Shown here: positions 58,260-64,000 of the stretch, in pieces
Numbering within the stretch: position 1 is the stretch's first letter
Layout: every line of letters begins with the position of its first letter
Source of the DNA: Bacteroidota bacterium
GTDB lineage: Bacteria; Bacteroidota; Bacteroidia; Chitinophagales; Chitinophagaceae
Assembly (NCBI GenBank): GCA_040388705.1
Contig: JAZKBI010000016.1
Location: forward strand, 13,504 to 77,503
DNA: 64,000 bases
Reading direction: 5' to 3'
The notes under the pieces: generated by a model
The model's input: the letters and a program-made list of their open reading frames with translations, nothing else
What the model was told of the DNA's origin: nothing
The model's database searches: none
Translations under genes and position numbers: made by a program

Positions 58260-60899
58260 TTAAACCTTCTTGATCAAATCCTTCGCCTTGTCCGCGTTGT
58301 ACGCTCCCGGAATATCTTTTTTATCGAACACCATAAAATAAAAATAATTATCACCTGCCTTGTCAGACCATGTATTGCCTAAACGGCATTTAGCAGCACT
58401 GTCTGAATTGTCGCGGTCATCCCCTTTGGTTTCTATGATAATAACTTTACCCGATGTAGTAACTGCAATAAAATCAGGATAATGATTACTCTTAAACCCA
58501 TTGATAGAAAATCCTTTTCCTCGACCAAGGTTTCTGTGCCAGAAAGCAATATTTGGTAAACTTGCAATGTCCTGGATAACGGTTGTCTCAAAATTATTCA
58601 TATCACCTTCACGTTCATACAATGACTTGGTAATAGACGAACCTAGCATGCCCGGTACAATCATATCAGGAAAACGCCAAACAGGCTCTGTTTGTATTTT
58701 TTTTGTTTTGACCATGTCATCGAACTGACCCTCGGCATAAGCATCAGCGTGCTGGCGTATCCTTTCTTTAATTTTAGCGGCGTAACTGTACTTCCTGGAA
58801 AGGATATCCTGCAATTGATCAGCAGTTAATCCGCCTAAAATCCTTTCAATATAAGTTCTGATCTCAGGATCTGAAATAGGATACATATCCCCAACCATTT
58901 GTATTAACTGGTGTGAGATGTCTTTTATCTGATTCTCTTTTGGTTTTGCCAGAATGTATTCTATAATTGGATCTTTAAGTAATTGATCTTCTATCTTTAT
59001 CCTGCGGGGCGTATATTCATCCTTACCTGTTAATTCAACATCTATCTTATATAAGTCTGAAGTGATTTGATCAAAATCAATTTTTGAATCTTCGTTGTTG
59101 AGTTTGAAGTTCTTCAATAGAGATTCCTGGTTAAGTAGCATACTGTCCGTTCCAAAAATATCGCTCTTAGGAACGCTTAAGAAAAACTGGGGTAATACAA
59201 TACCCGAAGCCAATGCTTTGTTGGCCTCAGTCATTTTGTACCGTTTTACTTTGTCTCCCATTTCCTGAAAAATATTTTCGTCAACGGGTTGCTGACTTTG
59301 TTGTTCAATAATGGCTGCCATTTCGCGATCCTGGGCTTCAGCCATGTGTTCTATTTCCGTAATAACTGTTGCTTGTGGTAGTGCGCCTGATGTAATTTCA
59401 GAATCAAACCAAATTCTTCCCACTTCAATATCTTCTGTATTTGCCTTTGCTTCCTGTTCTTCCGGAAATAAAAGTTGCCCTAATTGTTCTTGTGCTGCCT
59501 GCTGCTTCTCTTCCTCCGTCATTTGGTCTTTACCGCGGTAGTCTTTTCCACTAAACCCGGAACCTTGTAAACCAGCTACTATATTGTCTAGCGTTTCGTT
59601 AAATTTCGCAGAGGCAGTTAGTACATACGAGACATTCAGCAAAGCGGCAATATGTTTCATTACATAGGGTTGGCGCAGTACACGACCTAATATCTGTTCC
59701 ACATCAACCGCAGATGATTTATCAGCAAGAGAAGCCAGTATATAAGCAAAGGGGCAATCCCATCCTTCCTTTAAAGCGTTAATGGTGATGATATATCTAA
59801 CTTCACAATCTCTCGACATCAGATCAAGTCCTTTCAACTCATCTTTTTCAGCGGTTTTGATTTTTATCTGTGTTTCCGGTATCCCTACTTTTAATAATTG
59901 ATCCTTCAGTTTTTCAAAAGTGGTATTATCCTCATTGGTTTTAGATTGTGCCTGGAACAAAACAATGGGGCGTATATATTTTCCTCCCAGTTTCTCTTCT
60001 TCTAATGCAAGTAATTCTAGTTTCCGCTGGAGGTGCAGTGCACTGTTGATCACATCGGTTTTGTCGTGGTGGTTGTAAACAATCACGGGAAGCTTAACCA
60101 TGTGCTCCTTTTTTAATTCAATGGCCGGAACAAGGCTAACAATATTACTGTTATCTTTTGGCGTGGCGGTTAGGTCTAAAACAAAAGAAGGATTAAGTGC
60201 ATTCAGCATATCTACACTTAGATCACTTTCTGCATTGTGGCTCTCGTCGACCACTAACACCGGATGGAGGCTGCGGATCACATTGATCAATGAAGTATCA
60301 TCCGTATTAGCCATTACGTGTGATTTGCTTTTGTATTGACTTGCAAATGAAGCAAGCTGCCCGTTTTCCTGATAAACTTTCCTGTCTTCTTTGTTTTTGG
60401 CGCGCAAACTGGCAAAGCCCATCACAATAATGGATAACTGTTCTTTTACAACTGTTGGATTAAAATTTGAACCCTGCAGCAAATCTTTTTTCTCATACAC
60501 TTCTACGCGATGGTTAAAAAGACCATCTAATTTTTGCCGGTAAGGATGATCCGGGTTGCGAAGATTGGAAACGGTTTGATCCAGTAAATTACTCCAGGGT
60601 ACCAGCCAGATTACTGCCTTTGGTATTTCATTGGAATATGCATTAAAAATGGAGTGTAAAGCATTACAAGCAATAAAAGTTTTGCCGCCTGCTGTTGGAA
60701 CTTTAATACAAACATGGGCAGCATTTGGAATGGTATTCTTATATGGCTGCATCCCTTCATTCGTGATTGGGTTGTAAGTACCGATACGATCCTGCCAATA
60801 TTTATTAAAAGCAATGTCGGTTTTCTTATACTGCTGCACATATCCCAGATAAGTTTCCAGGTCTTTGATTACTTTATGTTGATAGCTCTTTAGTTCCAT
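58260..60899 (-). CDS. res: Type III restriction subunit (SF2 helicase plus PD-(D/E)XK nuclease)
   Basis: KVPTAGGKT, VDESH, ALKEGWDCP, EQILGRVLR and C-terminal YPDFI...IETKG. Confidence 0.88.
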   Translation of the reverse strand: MELKSYQHKVIKDLETYLGYVQQYKKTDIAFNKYWQDRIGTYNPITNEGMQPYKNTIPNAAHVCIKVPTAGGKTFIACNALHSIFNAYSNEIPKAVIWLVPWSNLLDQTVSNLRNPDHPYRQKLDGLFNHRVEVYEKKDLLQGSNFNPTVVKEQLSIIVMGFASLRAKNKEDRKVYQENGQLASFASQYKSKSHVMANTDDTSLINVIRSLHPVLVVDESHNAESDLSVDMLNALNPSFVLDLTATPKDNSNIVSLVPAIELKKEHMVKLPVIVYNHHDKTDVINSALHLQRKLELLALEEEKLGGKYIRPIVLFQAQSKTNEDNTTFEKLKDQLLKVGIPETQIKIKTAEKDELKGLDLMSRDCEVRYIITINALKEGWDCPFAYILASLADKSSAVDVEQILGRVLRQPYVMKHIAALLNVSYVLTASAKFNETLDNIVAGLQGSGFSGKDYRGKDQMTEEEKQQAAQEQLGQLLFPEEQEAKANTEDIEVGRIWFDSEITSGALPQATVITEIEHMAEAQDREMAAIIEQQSQQPVDENIFQEMGDKVKRYKMTEANKALASGIVLPQFFLSVPKSDIFGTDSMLLNQESLLKNFKLNNEDSKIDFDQITSDLYKIDVELTGKDEYTPRRIKIEDQLLKDPIIEYILAKPKENQIKDISHQLIQMVGDMYPISDPEIRTYIERILGGLTADQLQDILSRKYSYAAKIKERIRQHADAYAEGQFDDMVKTKKIQTEPVWRFPDMIVPGMLGSSITKSLYEREGDMNNFETTVIQDIASLPNIAFWHRNLGRGKGFSINGFKSNHYPDFIAVTTSGKVIIIETKGDDRDNSDSAAKCRLGNTWSDKAGDNYFYFMVFDKKDIPGAYNADKAKDLIKKV

Positions 60900-60900
60900 C

Positions 60901-62565
60901 TTAGAAACGGGTTATATCCCTCGGGATCTTTTTGAAAACGATATTTTTTTTCAACATAAAATCTGTCGGTAACAGGCAGTTGTCTGCATAGATTACATAT
61001 TGTCCGGCCTTTACCTTGATGGTGCTGAGCATTTCAAAGTCGAGAGTGGTCAGACTGTCTGTTTCATAAATAAAATAGTAAGCAGTTTCTTCTTTCTTAC
61101 CCAGGAAATATTGTTCAGTATATGCTTCTGTATCGGTTGGGAATACTGTTCTTGTTTCACTATACCAAACATATTGTCTTACTTTTTCTTTACCCAAAGC
61201 GCTATTCAGACATTCATTGTTGGCCCCAATAAATAGCGGTTCTCCCAATGAGTAGTAGTCAAAAGCACCGTCTGCTCCTTCTGTATGATTGTAACCGGTT
61301 ACCACCCGTTTGACTCTTTCGGCAGTAGTTGTTTCGGCATAATCTTCCATTTCTATTAAAATGAATTTTCGGTTACCGCTATCTTGTTTATTTAAATTGA
61401 GCACGGCATGGGCGGTAGTGCCGGATCCGGCGAAGGAATCAAGGACAATATCACTATCAGATGTACAAAAACTAAGTAGGCGACGAACAATCGTTTCAGA
61501 TTTAGGGTTCTTAAAAAAATCTTTATGAAACATTTGCTCTAATTCTTTTGTAGATGCCCTGCCGTCTTCATAGATCACGCTTCTTAATCTATCTTTTACT
61601 GTATCTAGTCTTTTTTTGGGCTTAATCAAAGTAGTTTCATCTGATCCAAACATTATATCGTCGTTTTCGATCAATTCTTTCATGGTCGTTTCCGGAAACC
61701 TAAAACCTTTCTCAGGGATTTTACAAGGCATTCCTGTCACAGGATGTATTACCTCGTAGTTATATCCTCCAAATTTTGTGTTAGCAACATCTGCATCATG
61801 AAATACTCCTTTTTTGTCAACGTTATCATAATGGGTCACTTGAGGTAATAAATCTTTGTTTGCCTTTATCCATTTTCTAAGGTCTTTTTGAATTGAGTCA
61901 ATGTCGTTTGTGAATTTTTTCTTTAACTCTTCATACTTGGATTGGATAGATTCTGCAGCCAGCGATTTTGCATACCAATGCCCTTGTAAACTATTGTTGG
62001 CGGCGTAGCAAAGAACGTACTCGTGTTCTGTTGAGATTTGCGTTGGATTATTATCGGTAGCAGTTTCCCATATAATATTTCCAATAAAATTCATTGGACC
62101 AAATATCTCATCGAGTATTAGTTTTAGGTTAAACACTTCGTTGTTGTCTATAGAAATAAATATTACCCCTTCCGGCATCAACATTCTTTTCAACAGCACT
62201 AACCTTGGATACATCATACAAAGCCATTTGTCATGACGACTCAGGTCTTCGCCTTCTTTTCCAACAACTTGATCTAGCCATTTTTTTATTTGTGGATGAT
62301 CAACCTTATCACTGTATTTCCATTCATCTTTTCCAGTATTGTAAGGCGGGTCTATATATATACACTTTACTTTTCCCTCATATTCAGGCAATAATGCTTT
62401 TAAAGCTTCGAGGTTATCTCCGTGAATGATTTTGTTGCCGCTGTCGGTTTCCGTACTGCCTATGTGACCATTGGTAAACCCATATTCATGCTCCAATACC
62501 CGAAAAGGCACATCCCTGTGATGGTTCATCACCTTTTCTTTTCCTATCCAATGGAGTGTGGGCAT
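60901..62565 (-). CDS. mod: Type III site-specific adenine DNA methyltransferase (beta class)
   Basis: IIHGDNLEALK, CIYIDPPYNTG, WLCMMYPRL, PKSETIV and VLDSFAGSGTT; 1 nt upstream of res. Confidence 0.93.
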   Translation of the reverse strand: MPTLHWIGKEKVMNHHRDVPFRVLEHEYGFTNGHIGSTETDSGNKIIHGDNLEALKALLPEYEGKVKCIYIDPPYNTGKDEWKYSDKVDHPQIKKWLDQVVGKEGEDLSRHDKWLCMMYPRLVLLKRMLMPEGVIFISIDNNEVFNLKLILDEIFGPMNFIGNIIWETATDNNPTQISTEHEYVLCYAANNSLQGHWYAKSLAAESIQSKYEELKKKFTNDIDSIQKDLRKWIKANKDLLPQVTHYDNVDKKGVFHDADVANTKFGGYNYEVIHPVTGMPCKIPEKGFRFPETTMKELIENDDIMFGSDETTLIKPKKRLDTVKDRLRSVIYEDGRASTKELEQMFHKDFFKNPKSETIVRRLLSFCTSDSDIVLDSFAGSGTTAHAVLNLNKQDSGNRKFILIEMEDYAETTTAERVKRVVTGYNHTEGADGAFDYYSLGEPLFIGANNECLNSALGKEKVRQYVWYSETRTVFPTDTEAYTEQYFLGKKEETAYYFIYETDSLTTLDFEMLSTIKVKAGQYVIYADNCLLPTDFMLKKNIVFKKIPRDITRF

Positions 62566-62705
62566 TCAGTTAATCCTGATTTTCTGGCGTGCGAATTGTC
62601 TTTAAAGAACAATATTAAACTATTAAGACAATTAAATATACTTTAAGTACATATTACTTAACTGTAAAGACAGCTGGTAAATAATAGGTACAGGAATTTT
62701 GGAGT

Positions 62706-63074
62706 GTGAAAGAAAATACGATTGGAACACGCATCAGGAAGCTCAGGGTAAGCAAAGACTTAACCCAGGATAATATGGCAATGGACTTAGGAATCACCGC
62801 CGGCGCCTATGCAAAAATTGAAAGAGGAGAAACCGACCCTTCCGCCACCCGCCTGCTGGAAATCGCCGAGATCTTAGAAGTAGACGTTACCGTATTCTTT
62901 AGAGACAACACACCCGCCGCCAAATTTGAAGACCCGGGTAACCAATATGGATTTGCCACCAAACAGGATGTAGAAAAGCTTACACATCTCATGCAGCAAA
63001 TGAACCGCGAGATAGAAAAACTGAAATCCCAAAACTCCCCGAAGAAAAAAACCGCGGCCAAGAAAAGAAAGTAG
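62706..63074 (+). CDS. XRE/Cro-C1 HTH transcriptional regulator
   Basis: IGTRIRKLR...LTQ..MA..LGI...AYAKIERGET; basic C-terminal tail. Confidence 0.9.
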   Translation: MKENTIGTRIRKLRVSKDLTQDNMAMDLGITAGAYAKIERGETDPSATRLLEIAEILEVDVTVFFRDNTPAAKFEDPGNQYGFATKQDVEKLTHLMQQMNREIEKLKSQNSPKKKTAAKKRK

Positions 63075-63079
63075 GCCCC

Positions 63080-63114
63080 TTGTCTCTTGATTCTTGTTTC
63101 TTGATCCTTGTACC
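63080..63114. repeat. TTGWNNC heptad tandem repeat (single arm)
   Basis: TTGTCTC TTGATTC TTGTTTC TTGATCC TTGTACC. Confidence 0.7.
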
Positions 63115-63160
63115 TTTTATGGAATCCTCCCCACATCAGCGTCTCATTTAAAAAACGCTT

Positions 63161-63670
63161 ATGTCCGAAATTCAACAACAGGACAACCGCAGCAAGCGCT
63201 CCGGTATCCGCAGCAAAAAATTATCTACCCGTATTGATCTTACGCCGATGGTAGATCTTGGGTTTCTACTGATCACTTTCTTCATTTTTACAACAACCAT
63301 GCATGAATCCAAAGGAATGAGTATTGTTGTGCCGGATGATAAACCAACGACGGAACCCAATACGGCAGGCGAGGCCAAAACCATTTCCCTCATTTTACAA
63401 AATGATGACGTGATCCATTACTATCACGGCCTCGACCAGAAAGGATCGCAATCCACCAATTATTCGGTAGCCGGGCTTCGTGCGGTTATTCAGCAAAAGA
63501 TCCGGGAAGTAAAGGAGCGTTTTGGCAGCAAAGCCGATGCGATCATCCTGATCAAGCCTACGGATGGCGCGAGCTATAGGAACATCGTTGCTGTGATGGA
63601 TGAAATGCTGATCAATGATGTAAAAAAATATGTGCTCATGGAGCCGTCTGCAGAAGAAAAATCCCTGTAA
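63161..63670 (+). CDS. exbD: ExbD/TolR family biopolymer transport protein
   Basis: IDLTPMVDLGFLLITFFIFTT with the conserved Asp; IKPTDGASYRNIVAVMDEM. Confidence 0.9.
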   Translation: MSEIQQQDNRSKRSGIRSKKLSTRIDLTPMVDLGFLLITFFIFTTTMHESKGMSIVVPDDKPTTEPNTAGEAKTISLILQNDDVIHYYHGLDQKGSQSTNYSVAGLRAVIQQKIREVKERFGSKADAIILIKPTDGASYRNIVAVMDEMLINDVKKYVLMEPSAEEKSL

Positions 63671-63693
63671 GAAACGGGAATTTCCCCGTTTCT
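63670..63693. terminator. Hairpin terminator after exbD
   Basis: AGAAACGGG-AATTTC-CCCGTTTCT. Confidence 0.5.
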
Positions 63694-63816
63694 GTACGCA
63701 AATGAAATTTATTGGCATCATACTTGTGATATTTGAGCAGCGATCACAACAATAGACGTGTCATTACATTACCCCGGTGGAATGACATTTTTATAATAAC
63801 AGCTTAAACAGAGAGT

Positions 63817-64000
63817 ATGTATATCCAGAATTTGCAACCGGGCCTTGTAGACAACCTGAGCTACGTTACGGTAATGGCCAATAAGACCGGGCGTCTTATT
63901 TTAAAAGTGTTAGATATTGAAGGGCGCATCGCTAAAACAGTTGTGGCCAATATTGACGAAGGCAAACACCAACTGGAACTCAACATGGGCGACCTGAACA
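63817..64000 (+). CDS. T9SS type-A C-terminal sorting domain-like protein, partial (runs off the window)
   Basis: Hand translation MYIQNLQPGLVDNLSYVTVMANKTGRLILKVLDIEGRIAKTVVANIDEGKHQLELNMGDLN resembles the CTD pattern (xxPNP...I.D..GR......G......L). Confidence 0.65.
   Translation, partial: MYIQNLQPGLVDNLSYVTVMANKTGRLILKVLDIEGRIAKTVVANIDEGKHQLELNMGDLN

Noticed and set aside
56754-62705. Prophage, ICE or transposon
   Set aside because: No integrase, transposase, phage or conjugation genes, and no att-like direct repeats were found by eye.

Overview
Chromosomal window from a Bacteroidota bacterium, most likely Chitinophagaceae (inferred from ECF-sigma/FecR/SusC/SusD loci, TAnnTTTG promoters and a T9SS-type C-terminal domain). 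Left half (1-36 kb) is accessory: (i) an ECF-FecR-SusC-SusD locus followed by a secreted DUF218/YdcF-like gene instead of a CAZyme; (ii) an atypical CLC channel/transporter divergent from a Cys-rich Crp/Fnr regulator, with a 26-bp FNR-like palindrome between them; (iii) a beta-barrel plus beta-propeller pair, DUF3574 and a BamA/TamA-like gene; (iv) a CAZyme-free ECF-SusC-SusD-DUF4843-PKD-TlpA-FecR-nDsbD locus; (v) BlaI/M56 and ArsR-SRPBCC-DoxX operons with visible operators. Right half is mostly core: rimP-nusA-infB-surA, a MarR-pirin-pirin-YceI-OsmC-FMN reductase cluster, purF, fabH-like, manC, kdsD and recQ. After recQ sits an AT-richer defence insert (YhcG/DUF1016 nuclease plus type III mod/res), then XRE, exbD and a partial T9SS-CTD-like gene. 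Most striking unexplained signals: a 29-bp palindrome present both upstream of and inside yhcG (28/29 identical), and several families of 7-8-bp-periodic and REP-like inverted repeats occupying most operon junctions from 37 to 53 kb. No rRNA, tRNA, CRISPR array, integrase or transposase was recognised. All family calls come from motif recognition by eye, not database searches.
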